Below, one piece after another: positions 30,847 through 40,293 of a stretch of 64,000 nucleotides of DNA. A model generated the notes under the pieces. That model saw only the letters and a list, made by a program, of their open reading frames with translations. It did not search any database and was not told the origin of the DNA. Position 1 is the stretch's first letter. The number at the start of each line of letters is the position of its first letter. A program made the translations under genes and the position numbers. The stretch covers positions 4,416,001 through 4,480,000 of the forward strand of contig OY776510.1 of NCBI GenBank assembly GCA_963675665.1, written 5' to 3'. This stretch comes from Spirochaetia bacterium. Its GTDB lineage: Bacteria; Spirochaetota; Spirochaetia; UBA9216.

Positions 30847-31815
30847 TTATTCTTCAAGTATTTTCATCTTATTTACACCTGCTATCATGCTAACACACGT
30901 GTCTTCCCACTTAATCCCTGGATATATATCCATAATCTCAAAATGTAAGACTGTATTTTCAAAAGGTTTTAATACCTTATTACCAAAGTTATTAATATCA
31001 ATTTTAAAAATTTGTGGGTCTGGAATATCTCTTATTTCTATAATTTGATCTAATTCTTCATAATTTGGTGATGTAATCCTTATTTTCTTAATTCGTCCAT
31101 TTTTTAGATATAAATCTGGTCTCGAAGCGTCAATGTAACCGTTAAAAATGACCAAATGATCAACTGGCCTTAAATATCGATTATTTTCATAAATATAATA
31201 TGGAGTAGTAAAACCTAGTTCTACCCATTCATTAACTCCATATCCATTTACACCTTCTACCCATGGAACTTTACCTATATACTTATTATGCAAATTCAAA
31301 TTCAGATATCTAAGATTTTCAGCATTATATTCGATCTCACCTTCTATTAAAAACGTACTTTCCCTAATATCACCATTATTTCTTGACCACAAAACGATGC
31401 TTTTGTCATTAACTCTCCCCAAGGAGAATATTCTTTTATTAAGAGGATTCTGCATATAAAGCATTTCATCTGAATATAGTAATAATAATCTTTTTCCAGC
31501 CAATGGCCCTTCTTCAAATGCTATATTGCTTCCACCTAATACTTTATACTCATATTTTTCAATCTCAATTTCTATCCAGTGGAATATTTCTTCTTTTATT
31601 ATTCTATAAGTACCTTCTGAATCGATTTCTTCATATCCATCTTCTCCAAAAACATGAAATCTATTATCATCAAAAACCCATGTCATAGGGTTAAATGGTG
31701 GCCCTTTTGTATTTCTAATAAAAGAATACTCTCCATTTAAATCATATGAATTTATTACTGGGATTAATATGATCATATTTAATATGATCAACATTTTTAG
31801 ATATTTTCTTTTCAT
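30847..31815 (-). CDS. Secreted protein with discoidin-like (NADase-type glycan-binding) C-terminal domain
   Basis: Signal peptide; PWVEG..GYG..EW, IFNGY, LY.KNGRIKKI, YPG.KWEDTCVS. Confidence 0.7.
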   Translation of the reverse strand: MKRKYLKMLIILNMIILIPVINSYDLNGEYSFIRNTKGPPFNPMTWVFDDNRFHVFGEDGYEEIDSEGTYRIIKEEIFHWIEIEIEKYEYKVLGGSNIAFEEGPLAGKRLLLLYSDEMLYMQNPLNKRIFSLGRVNDKSIVLWSRNNGDIRESTFLIEGEIEYNAENLRYLNLNLHNKYIGKVPWVEGVNGYGVNEWVELGFTTPYYIYENNRYLRPVDHLVIFNGYIDASRPDLYLKNGRIKKIRITSPNYEELDQIIEIRDIPDPQIFKIDINNFGNKVLKPFENTVLHFEIMDIYPGIKWEDTCVSMIAGVNKMKILEE

Positions 31816-31875
31816 ATTATTCAGTCCTTTAACATTATAAACTAAAAACCTCATTATTTTCCGAAATTTTGATAC

Positions 31876-32013
31876 ACATAACGACGAAATCAGTAGCAAA
31901 ATCGGCCGAGTCTCCGAGGCTTGGCGCGATTCTGGAGTGAAGCGCGATCAGCGCTGAACGTCTCCGCCAGAATCGTGACAAAGATTTTGACTACTGCATT
32001 TCATTTGTTATGT
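31876..32013 (-). repeat. attC site 21
   Basis: ACATAAC...GTTATGT. Confidence 0.9.
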
Positions 32014-33084
32014 ATAAATTTCATTCTTCAATTTCCAGATAGCACTCATATACTTTCCATTATCTCTACCAGTTGAAGCTACTGCTTTCTCAGCTGAATA
32101 TGATAATTCATATTCTTCAATCTTTTCCATATTCTCTTCAATAATTCTTTTAAATCTATTCAAATCTGCATTATCTTCTAGAATTACTATGGGTTCTATC
32201 TCCCCATCTCTTTCAAATGAATTATAATTATTTCTTACTAAAAACTTAAAAAATGCCCCTTTCTTACTATCTCTTAATAAATAATAAAATGGTTTCCTTG
32301 CAGCCACTGTAATATCTGGAAATGGTAAAATTTGTCTCATTTCATCCAAATACACATAAGTCATTTCAAATAAAATAGTAGAATTATATAGAAACTTCAC
32401 ATTTCCTTTAAATGAAGATTCATTTATAAAAAAATAACTTATTTCATCTTGAAATTCATTTACACCTTTTAACTCAAATCTAAATTCCGGATATTGTTCA
32501 TTATATGCATACTTCTTATTGCCTATATCATGAATCCAAACAGAATCATCCTTTAATAATGAACAAATTCTATCAACAGGATGTATATTTAAACCAAAAC
32601 GTTCTTTCCACATTTCTTCAATTAATCTTGATTCAGCTGATCTATTTGTTGGCGTATTCGTATCCCTAACTCTCGAATAGACAGTTCCTGGATATAAATT
32701 TTTACCTTCCTTACTCATAATTTCTTTTAAATAATATGGTTTCTCGGGACGATTTTTTATAATTATTACATCTATATCATATTCATCAATTGTTTGTAAA
32801 AATATATCAGGATATCTGTCTTCAGCAAATTTAGCATCCCTTAATATATTTATTATATCAGCTTGGGTTCTTCTATTTTCATCATTCGCTAAGCCCTTTA
32901 TCTCAAATTGATCTGAAACCCCTAAGATTAAATATCTATCTTCTTCAGAAATGACATTTGCTAAACAAATTATATCTTTTACTAACTGTAAAGAGTTTCT
33001 GTGATGACATAGCTTGAAATCCCATGTATCAGATTCTTTCTTACTCAGAATAAAAATATCAACAATTTCTTTTAATAATTCCAT
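32008..33084 (-). CDS. Schlafen/AlbA_2-domain protein
   Basis: E...WDFK; KDIICLAN; YLILGVSD; YSRVRDTN. Confidence 0.8.
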   Translation of the reverse strand: MELLKEIVDIFILSKKESDTWDFKLCHHRNSLQLVKDIICLANVISEEDRYLILGVSDQFEIKGLANDENRRTQADIINILRDAKFAEDRYPDIFLQTIDEYDIDVIIIKNRPEKPYYLKEIMSKEGKNLYPGTVYSRVRDTNTPTNRSAESRLIEEMWKERFGLNIHPVDRICSLLKDDSVWIHDIGNKKYAYNEQYPEFRFELKGVNEFQDEISYFFINESSFKGNVKFLYNSTILFEMTYVYLDEMRQILPFPDITVAARKPFYYLLRDSKKGAFFKFLVRNNYNSFERDGEIEPIVILEDNADLNRFKRIIEENMEKIEEYELSYSAEKAVASTGRDNGKYMSAIWKLKNEIYT

Positions 33085-33142
33085 TTTTCTAATCTTTGTT
33101 CATTACAGCTTGCCATACTCAAGCTTCTTCTAATGTAAATTA

Positions 33143-33703
33143 TTAATACCACCTTCTATAACTATTTTGAAAAACAAGCTTTGCTTTATTAGTATTCTCT
33201 ATTGGAACATCTGGAACATATACTTCAAAATCTGCACTGTATGAAGGTTTTATGTCTTCTATAATTTCAAATTCTTTACTTGATTCACCTATCACAATAA
33301 ATAAAGAAATTCTTGACTGTGTAACTGATAAGCAATTTATTACTTTTCCTTTAACTTTGACTCCAGTTAAATGTTCATCCACTACAATATCTGAAACTAT
33401 TAAACCATGGCCTAAATCTTGCCACCCTTCAGATGTTAAATCAATTTCAAGACTAGGCAGAAATATCATATATGAGTTTAATAACTCAGATACTTTATCA
33501 ACCATGTTTTCACGAAATTCGTCATTTGCATTAAATAAGATTTCTTCTAATCGTTTATTCTTTTCATCAATTCTTGTATTGATGGTTTGCACATATAAAA
33601 ATATTCCGATTACACAGATTAAACAAGTTATGAGTGATATAATCGCTAAAATTTTTATTGCTTTAATTGTTTTTAAAATCCTTACATTTTCTTCTTCCGA
33701 CAT
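33143..33703 (-). CDS. Hypothetical single-pass membrane protein
   Basis: AGGAG RBS; one TM segment, a coiled segment and a beta-rich C-terminus. Confidence 0.7.
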   Translation of the reverse strand: MSEEENVRILKTIKAIKILAIISLITCLICVIGIFLYVQTINTRIDEKNKRLEEILFNANDEFRENMVDKVSELLNSYMIFLPSLEIDLTSEGWQDLGHGLIVSDIVVDEHLTGVKVKGKVINCLSVTQSRISLFIVIGESSKEFEIIEDIKPSYSADFEVYVPDVPIENTNKAKLVFQNSYRRWY

Positions 33704-34037
33704 ATTAAACTCCTAACGTTGTCTTCCAGAGACCATAGTCATGCCTAAAACCCATCTCTATAATATCATTAATTATGAGAATCCTCCATTTTCTTTTAAC
33801 ATATACCATAACAACATATATTATTTCCTATACATGGCACATATTTCATAAGATTGTAAAATTCCATCTTTTTATACATAACGACGATTTGAACGCAGCC
33901 CATAGAAGTAAAACTTATAAAAGTAGGGCAACCCCTTACTCGGCAAAGAGTTATTTCACGGTAGGTTCTATCTAACAATAAAACAAAATGGCCGAATGCG
34001 CAAATATGATAGCATTTCGGCCGCATAAGGAGTTTTT

Positions 34038-35192
34038 ATGCGTTACAGAGAACCTTTTACACTATTTCTCAGGAAGTTACCCTCAGGTAAGCGAATTTGG
34101 TACTATCAGACATACGATAAAAATAACAAACGTACCAGCGCTTTTTCTACAGGGAAGAAATCAAAGACAGCAGCTAAGGCCTATTGCTTTGATTTATTAA
34201 AAAAGGATTTGCTGATCCCAATAAGACTCAGAAGGATAAACTTTATGAAATATTCTGAAAACTGGTGGCTTTGGGATGAATGCGAATATCTGAATTATCT
34301 CAAAAAGAGAAAAACGATTTCAAAATCATATGCACATACCGCGAGGGTAATGCTTGGAAAGCATATACTGCCATACTTTGAAAAAAAGTACTTATCAGAC
34401 ATCACACCGTATGATATCGAGAAATGGCTTGATACTTTTACGGCTAAGGGACTTTCAAACGCGACTGCCAACCTCGGATTAGCATTCTTAAAAATAATGC
34501 TCAAAGAAGCCGTCAGACGCGAATTGATTACTGACGATCCTTCAAGTTCAATTATGCCGCTTAAAACAGAATCAGTAGAGCGAGGGGTTCTTTCCCAGGA
34601 TGAAGTTTCAAAATTATTTGACCTTGTGAATAAAAAGCAAATATGGGCCAATGATATTTATTATTATGCAAATCTCTTATCTGCCTGCACCGGCATGCGG
34701 CTTGGCGAAGTCCTTGCTGTACGCGGCGAAGTACTTAAAGAAAATCATATTCTTGTTGACAAGCAATTTACAAAAAACTTCGGGCTCACTGATACTAAGT
34801 CACACCATGCAAGAAAGGTAATTATCCCTGAACAGTTAATGACCGAGCTTGTAAATTTTTCTGAACAGAATAAAGGCGGGTATGTCTTTTCAACCGACGG
34901 CGGAAAGCTTCCGGTATACCCTGACACATTAAGACGCTCATTATTCAAGGCATTCAAGGCTATTGGAATTGATGATGAGCAAAGACGCGAACGAAACATC
35001 TGCTTTCACAGCTGGCGTCACTACCTGAACACAACTCTTAGAAGTAATAATATCACAGATGGAAAGCTAAGAGCGCTTGTCGGCCATGCATCATCCAAGA
35101 TGACCGAACACTATACTCATTTTGACACTGATGATTTTAAGGACATTCAGGAAATCCAGAATAAAATAATAAATTTTAAAAAAGTAGGGTAA
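34038..35192 (+). CDS. Tyrosine recombinase / phage-type integrase
   Basis: TGMRLGE (R), TK (K), FHSWRH (HxxR), VGH, HY (Y); N-terminal arm-binding-like region; no recognisable IntI-specific insertion. Confidence 0.93.
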   Translation: MRYREPFTLFLRKLPSGKRIWYYQTYDKNNKRTSAFSTGKKSKTAAKAYCFDLLKKDLLIPIRLRRINFMKYSENWWLWDECEYLNYLKKRKTISKSYAHTARVMLGKHILPYFEKKYLSDITPYDIEKWLDTFTAKGLSNATANLGLAFLKIMLKEAVRRELITDDPSSSIMPLKTESVERGVLSQDEVSKLFDLVNKKQIWANDIYYYANLLSACTGMRLGEVLAVRGEVLKENHILVDKQFTKNFGLTDTKSHHARKVIIPEQLMTELVNFSEQNKGGYVFSTDGGKLPVYPDTLRRSLFKAFKAIGIDDEQRRERNICFHSWRHYLNTTLRSNNITDGKLRALVGHASSKMTEHYTHFDTDDFKDIQEIQNKIINFKKVG

Positions 35193-35269
35193 CCCCTACC
35201 CTAACTCAATATAAAAAACTGGTAGAATAAGTACAGTCTGCCGGTTCTTTTTTTATAAGGAGGTTTGGA

Positions 35270-35524
35270 ATGAAAGCATTATTGACAATCGAAGAAGCAG
35301 CGGAGCTTACAAAACTCAGCGTAAAAACCCTGTATACATACGCGGAAAAGGAAAAAATACCGCATATCAAACTTGGGCGCAGGGTTTTGTTTGAAGAAAA
35401 CAAACTGGAAGAATGGGTATCCAGTCAAAGAGTTGAACCAACGAATGAAACAGAAAAGATTACTGCTTCTGAGAATAACACCACAGAGGATGGATTTGAA
35501 AACGATACAGGAGGCTCCGCCTGA
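35270..35524 (+). CDS. Excisionase-like HTH_17 DNA-binding protein
   Basis: LLTIEEAAE.....KTLY......IPHIKLGRRVLF. Confidence 0.88.
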   Translation: MKALLTIEEAAELTKLSVKTLYTYAEKEKIPHIKLGRRVLFEENKLEEWVSSQRVEPTNETEKITASENNTTEDGFENDTGGSA

Positions 35525-35782
35525 TGAAGAAGAAATATCCTACGGTTGAAAAAGCAAAGAATGACCTCAAGTCTCCTAAAAACAAGTGCGACCATGCAAA
35601 AACTACCCGAAATAGAAAATGCAAAAAATCATGTAAAATCTCTGTAGGGATTCTTTTCCGAAATTATCTCCTTCATTTATTTCTGCTGACGAATCAATTA
35701 AATGCAAGATCTGTTCACAAAATTATTAAATTCATTATATGGAATTCCCGATCCCATACCCTTCCAAGAAAACAGAAGAATA

Positions 35783-35808
35783 AACCTGACGGCGCCAGCC
35801 GCCAGGTT
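35783..35808. terminator. Probable intrinsic terminator between convergent genes
   Basis: AACCTGACGGC-GCCA-GCCGCCAGGTT hairpin just past the stop at 35817. Confidence 0.55.
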
Positions 35809-35816
35809 AAAATGGC

Positions 35817-36077
35817 TTACTTACCGTACTGTGCAGGTGCTGAATCTGCAACACCAGCAATAGCACTTGAAAGCGGACACAGAGAACAGCGCCTGTCTCG
35901 GCAATTGCTGCAGATGTTATTGCATTTCTGCATAGAGCTAAAAGCAGTAACTGCAAGATTCAGTGTTTGCGTCATTGGTTTGTTTAATGCCCACGCGAGC
36001 CGCCTAAGAATGAAAGCCGTTTCGGAACTGATTTGGGGAGTATAAACCCTATGTTTTGGTTGTTGACTCTGATACAT
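35817..36077 (-). CDS. Small hypothetical protein, RHH-like with Cys-rich tail
   Basis: GGAGG RBS; YTPQIS...LRRLAWAL.KPMT; C..C.....C..C. Confidence 0.65.
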   Translation of the reverse strand: MYQSQQPKHRVYTPQISSETAFILRRLAWALNKPMTQTLNLAVTAFSSMQKCNNICSNCRDRRCSLCPLSSAIAGVADSAPAQYGK

Positions 36078-36134
36078 AATGTACCTCCGTTTAGTGATTT
36101 GTTTTACGGACGAACAAAGGATTTACCTCCCTTA

Positions 36135-36262
36135 CTTGCCGCGCTTAACCGTTCCCGACCAGCCTTCATCTGGCCATGTCAAGGCCGACCGGAGGGAGCC
36201 CGCAGGGCCGAAGGGCCTTTACCTGGACAGATAAGGCGGTACAATGAGAGACGTGCGGAAGC
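36135..36262. promoter_or_regulatory. Long hairpin with promoter elements (Frpo-like ssDNA promoter candidate)
   Basis: TGTCAA arm (36177-36182) pairs with the TTTACC arm (36218-36223); TACAAT at 36240-36245 faces a mismatched segment. Confidence 0.55.
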
Positions 36263-36308
36263 AATGTTTGTTAAAGGATTGTTCTTTATATTATTTCAGA
36301 TTGAATCA

Positions 36309-36662
36309 TCACCTGTTGCCGGCCCGCCGACGTTTGTTGATAGTATAGATTACTATATCAAGAATCATCTGCCACAAAATTTTAGCCTTTTCGCTTTCAG
36401 AAATCAGAATTCCAAGTTTTAAAAAGGAGTAGAAATCAAAAACACCAAGGCTTGGCTCCTTTTTGATGTTAACGAAATACATTTCGTCGACATCAGATTC
36501 GGAAATGACTAATTTCAACTCCTGCAAAGCTTTACCCCGTAAAACCGCGCAACCGTTTTGTTTAAGCTCATCTTCGTTCTGAGGAAGATAACTATCAATA
36601 GTTCTGGGGCTTACCTCAAAAAAATCGGTCAACTTCTCTTTGGTAAGAACAGACTTATCCAT
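36309..36662 (-). pseudogene. Internal fragment of a DNA-binding protein
   Basis: FFEVSPRTID.YL....DEL..NG..VLRG; appears to lack both termini. Confidence 0.45.
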
Positions 36663-36679
36663 TTAGTTGATGGTATGGA

Positions 36680-37119
36680 TTCCGAGCGCTTTATTTGTAT
36701 TTGAATCCAGCTTCTTTTATTGCAGTATGTTTAAAATCAAGCTGTAAATTATCGATTCTGTATGATCTGTCAGGACCATCAGAAATATATTTATAATGAG
36801 CAGGTACCTATGTAAATAAACCAAGGTAGTTCAATGCAGTATTCCCCGAAGGCTGAATCCGCCATTTAAACTTACGCGCTATTGCATTGGCAACTTGTTC
36901 GATATTACGGCTCAAGTCCAGATTCAGAAGCTGACTAAACTTCGGATAGTCGTAAACACCGGTACAGACACGGCAGATAACACCCTTTTTAGCTAATCCA
37001 GAAAGAGATTTTCTAACATTAATATCCGTAAAATCTGCAACGAAATCATTCTTGGTAAAGGCTCACCCCCTACCGCGGCTATAAATTCTTGCAATTACTT
37101 TATCTGTAACAGATTGCAT
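36680..37119 (-). pseudogene. DUF6088/AbiEi-like type IV antitoxin with in-frame stops
   Basis: MQSVTDKVIARIYSRGRG*AF...RKSLSGL.KKG.I.RV..GVYDYPK...QPSGNTALNYLGLFT*VP. Confidence 0.7.
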
Positions 37120-37222
37120 AAGCTATTGTTACTCCATTTTTTCACAAAAATATATAAATTTTTGTGAATTTTTTGAGGCATCAATTTTCGCCAGCGCCGA
37201 CGTTTTTCCGGCAATTGCGGTA

Positions 37223-38038
37223 TCATCTCATAAACCGCTCCACAGACATGGTCTCGGTATCAATTACTACAAAGACCAGAGTTCCTGTTTGACCTGGTTG
37301 AATTACAATCGTGTTATCTACTTTATTCTTCCATTTTCCGCTTACATCAGGTGATTCATGGATGTGGCCATGTAATGTGAATAAGGGTTGTCTGTCCTTG
37401 ATGAAATCATATACTGAATCTGAACCGACTGTTCTACCATCCATACATACATCTAATCCGAGACTCGATGGCGGCATGTGAATGATATAAACAACCTTTT
37501 CATTACCGGATTTCGGCAAATTCTCAAGTTCACCATGTATGGTAGGCAATTTTTTTACATATCCAGGCCAATCGGTAATTTCAGTCCATCCGCCTTCAGT
37601 CGAAAGCAACGCAGTTCCGTATTGCATCTGAAGACTATAATCATCATGATCCATTCGGCATCTGTCTTTCAATCTGAACGGGTAATCGACAACCCAGTTC
37701 ATTCCAATAAAATCAATATCTTTTATCGTTACCATATTCTGAGCTATATCATGGATATAATCAAATCGACTGCATTCGTCCTGAAAAAGTCCGTCAAATA
37801 TCTTTAGATCATCATTTCCCGGGTAACACAGATAATGGACTCTTAGTTGCTCAAATCTTTCAAAATGCTTATGCAGTTTATCCTTTATAAAAGCATCCTG
37901 TTTGTGCAGCTCAATATTCTTAGGAAACATATCTCCACCGTTAATCACAACGTCAGGATGTAATTCATCAGCAACATTCACTAATTCATCATATTTTCGA
38001 TTATCACCGTGAAGATCTGTAGTGTATATTATTTTCAT
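37223..38038 (-). CDS. Calcineurin-like metallophosphoesterase
   Basis: DLHG, GGD, PGNDD, H.PP, HGHIHE. Confidence 0.9.
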   Translation of the reverse strand: MKIIYTTDLHGDNRKYDELVNVADELHPDVVINGGDMFPKNIELHKQDAFIKDKLHKHFERFEQLRVHYLCYPGNDDLKIFDGLFQDECSRFDYIHDIAQNMVTIKDIDFIGMNWVVDYPFRLKDRCRMDHDDYSLQMQYGTALLSTEGGWTEITDWPGYVKKLPTIHGELENLPKSGNEKVVYIIHMPPSSLGLDVCMDGRTVGSDSVYDFIKDRQPLFTLHGHIHESPDVSGKWKNKVDNTIVIQPGQTGTLVFVVIDTETMSVERFMR

Positions 38039-38046
38039 TGCGCTCT

Positions 38047-38604
38047 TTAATCGTCGAATATTCCACCGTTAGCGGCTCTACCATGAAACTTATGCTTTTT
38101 GACCAAAGCGCCAAGCGGATCATTTGATTCCAATATTTCTCTTTTTGAAAAAAGATTAAATGTATTTGATAAGAAGGTTTCTTTATCTTCGACTTTGTCA
38201 TATTCATTAAGAATTGATATTCCCTGATACAAACTGCTGAAACGTCTATGCCATAGGTCCCGTTCCGTTTGAGCCTTGTCCAGCCATTCAATGAGATCAA
38301 GCCTGTCAATTGAGTTCAATCTTTCTTCTGCTTCATCTTCTGAATTGAAAATACCGATATATATTGAATGCCAGATAACGACATAAACCATGCCGTCATT
38401 TATTTCTTTCGGCCACCGACATTTCTCACAATACAGCGTTTCAGTAATAATCCCCGTTCTTATCCTGCAGCCTCGTGTTATATCTCCCGGTTCATATGTA
38501 TCCATAGAATTTTCAAAAACTTTGGTCTGAACAGAATTGATTTCATTGCCGCAATCAGGACATTTTATCGAATCCCCCAGTATTAATGTGTCGAATAATC
38601 CCAT
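38047..38604 (-). CDS. Hypothetical protein with Zn-ribbon (CPDC...CEKC)
   Basis: MGLFD N-terminus; two CxxC pairs; operonic with the phosphoesterase. Confidence 0.7.
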   Translation of the reverse strand: MGLFDTLILGDSIKCPDCGNEINSVQTKVFENSMDTYEPGDITRGCRIRTGIITETLYCEKCRWPKEINDGMVYVVIWHSIYIGIFNSEDEAEERLNSIDRLDLIEWLDKAQTERDLWHRRFSSLYQGISILNEYDKVEDKETFLSNTFNLFSKREILESNDPLGALVKKHKFHGRAANGGIFDD

Positions 38605-38647
38605 ATTTTGCCCCCCACTTTTTATATTCTTTCTACTATTACCAAGT

Positions 38648-38836
38648 TTAATCTATAATTTTATATCTACCTTCCGCTGCTTCTTTCATGCTTTTTTTCA
38701 GCCCCTTTATAAGTTTCTTATTCTCAAGGATTTCCGCCATCTCTTCGTCACTCACGGAATTATTCTCTAATTTTGATAAATAGGGATTTTTTATTGCATT
38801 CAAAAAATCATAATGTTCTTTCATCCTCTTTCTCAC
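38648..38836 (-). CDS. Chimeric mini-antitoxin or antitoxin fusion remnant
   Basis: N-part resembles BrnA 17594-17824; C-part resembles antitoxin 9558-9800. Confidence 0.55.
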   Translation of the reverse strand: MRKRMKEHYDFLNAIKNPYLSKLENNSVSDEEMAEILENKKLIKGLKKSMKEAAEGRYKIID

Positions 38837-39099
38837 CTATAAGAATATAGTGTTACGCAGTTTTATACGTTACTAACGTATATTTCATTATAACCTGAAT
38901 CTAATAAAAATAATTCCGGTGTTTTGCATTTTTATACCGGGGTGACAGTTGGCAAATTTATTTTAATTATCTCATGACTCATCTTTAAAGCCATCTACTA
39001 AAACATATTGTAATACAAGAATCAGTAAATATCAAACATTCATGATGTTGTCCGCCACATAACCTTGACAACTTCATATATTAGTATAGTATTAGTGGC

Positions 39100-39699
39100 A
39101 TGAATACTATGAGAGATAGAGCCAAACAACTCCTCATTCTTAAACCTCTGCTCAGCACCCAGGAAATAACCGCAGAAGGCATAGACCGTAAAACGATAAA
39201 GAGAATGACAGACGATGGAGAACTCATCCGTGTATCAAGAGGGCTTTACTGTTCACCGGATTATATCCCCGGCAACAATCATTCGATAATAGAAGCACAG
39301 AAAATAATCAAACAAGGTGTTGTTTGCCTTCTGTCTGCCCTGTCCTTTCACGAGATAGGAACACAGAATCCGTCACAGGTATGGATGGCTATTCCTAAAA
39401 CAGCCTGGAAACCTGCGATAGAATCGCTCCCGGTGCAAATAGTCAGATTTACCGGGCCGGCATATGAAGAAGGAATAATTGAAGAAAAAATTGTAAATGA
39501 TAATATCAGAATTTATAACATTCCTAAAACGATTTCCGACTGCTTCAAATTCAGAAATAAAATCGGCCTTGAGCCGGCTATAGAGGCGCTGAAGGATGTG
39601 ATAGGTAATAAGCGCACCACTGTAGATGAGCTGCTCTATTATGCTGATATATGCAGAGTAAAAAATGTAATCACGCCATATCTGGAAAGTATAATATGA
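39100..39699 (+). CDS. AbiEi-family type IV antitoxin
   Basis: LIRVSRGLY; CLLSALSFH; KTISDCFKFRNKIG; TTGACA promoter upstream. Confidence 0.88.
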   Translation: MNTMRDRAKQLLILKPLLSTQEITAEGIDRKTIKRMTDDGELIRVSRGLYCSPDYIPGNNHSIIEAQKIIKQGVVCLLSALSFHEIGTQNPSQVWMAIPKTAWKPAIESLPVQIVRFTGPAYEEGIIEEKIVNDNIRIYNIPKTISDCFKFRNKIGLEPAIEALKDVIGNKRTTVDELLYYADICRVKNVITPYLESII

Positions 39700-40040
39700 A
39701 AAAAGATCCTGTAAACATACCTGCATCAATACTATCCCGCCTTCTGAATTACAGCCGCGATCAAAAAACTGACTATCAATCACTACTGAATAAATACATT
39801 GCGGAACGGTTTTTGTATCGGCTTGGTCAAACTGAATACAAAGAATCATTCATTCTGAAAGGCGCGTATATCCTTACCATAATGCTTGAAGATCAGACAT
39901 ATCGAACAACAAAGGATATAGATTTTTAAAAACCGGTAATACGGAAAAAGAAGAAATCAATAACAGCAATTTGTAATACTATATGCCCTGAAGATGGAGT
40001 AACCTTTGATGCAGGTTCTATTAAGATAGAGGACATTCGG
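39696..40040 (+). pseudogene. AbiEii nucleotidyltransferase toxin, frameshifted and truncated
   Basis: ERFLYRL..FILKG...RTTKDIDF then stop. Confidence 0.8.
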
Positions 40041-40041
40041 G

Positions 40042-40245
40042 ATGTTTCTGACCAATCAGAAAGCAAAAACCGGAAGACCTCCGATTACAATAAAAATCAG
40101 AAAACTCATCATTGAGATGAAGAAGCTTAATCTTCTCTGGGGTTACCGCCATATTTCGGGTGAGCTAGATAAAATCGATATTGATGTCTCAAAGGACACC
40201 GTTGCAAGGATTATTCAGAAGGGCCGAAAGTTCTTCCGTACATAA
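40042..40245 (+). pseudogene. Transposase/integrase-core fragment
   Basis: GRPP...LI.EM...N.LWGYR.I.GEL.K....VS..TV..I. Confidence 0.65.
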
Positions 40246-40265
40246 AAAAGCAAGCTTGCTTTTTT

Positions 40266-40293
40266 TGCCCAGAACTGGACTCGAACCAGTACG
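40266..40293 (-). other. 3' fragment of a tRNA (probably tRNA-Leu), att-site relic
   Basis: Minus strand CGT-ACTGG-TTCGAGT-CCAGT-TCTGGGCA equals a T-arm plus 3' acceptor strand; no 5' half. Confidence 0.65.

Noticed and set aside
1885-33882. Repeats as a CRISPR array
   Set aside because: Units are ~135 bp, separated by 0.5-2.7 kb gene-bearing segments, with AAC/GTT boxes; no cas genes are seen.
33876-33955. Left island end as a complete attC (island as a giant cassette)
   Set aside because: After TTTGA the sequence lacks the complementary CTACTCCAAA arm, and no GTTAAAC box matches the right-hand start.
34038-35192. Integrase as the integron integrase IntI
   Set aside because: No recognisable IntI-specific insertion; it has an arm-binding-type N-terminus, an adjacent xis and its own att duplication, and cassettes continue on both sides.
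35524-36045. 173-aa plus-strand ORF after xis
   Set aside because: No recognisable motifs; it runs through a terminator-like hairpin and overlaps the better-supported minus-strand gene 35817-36077.
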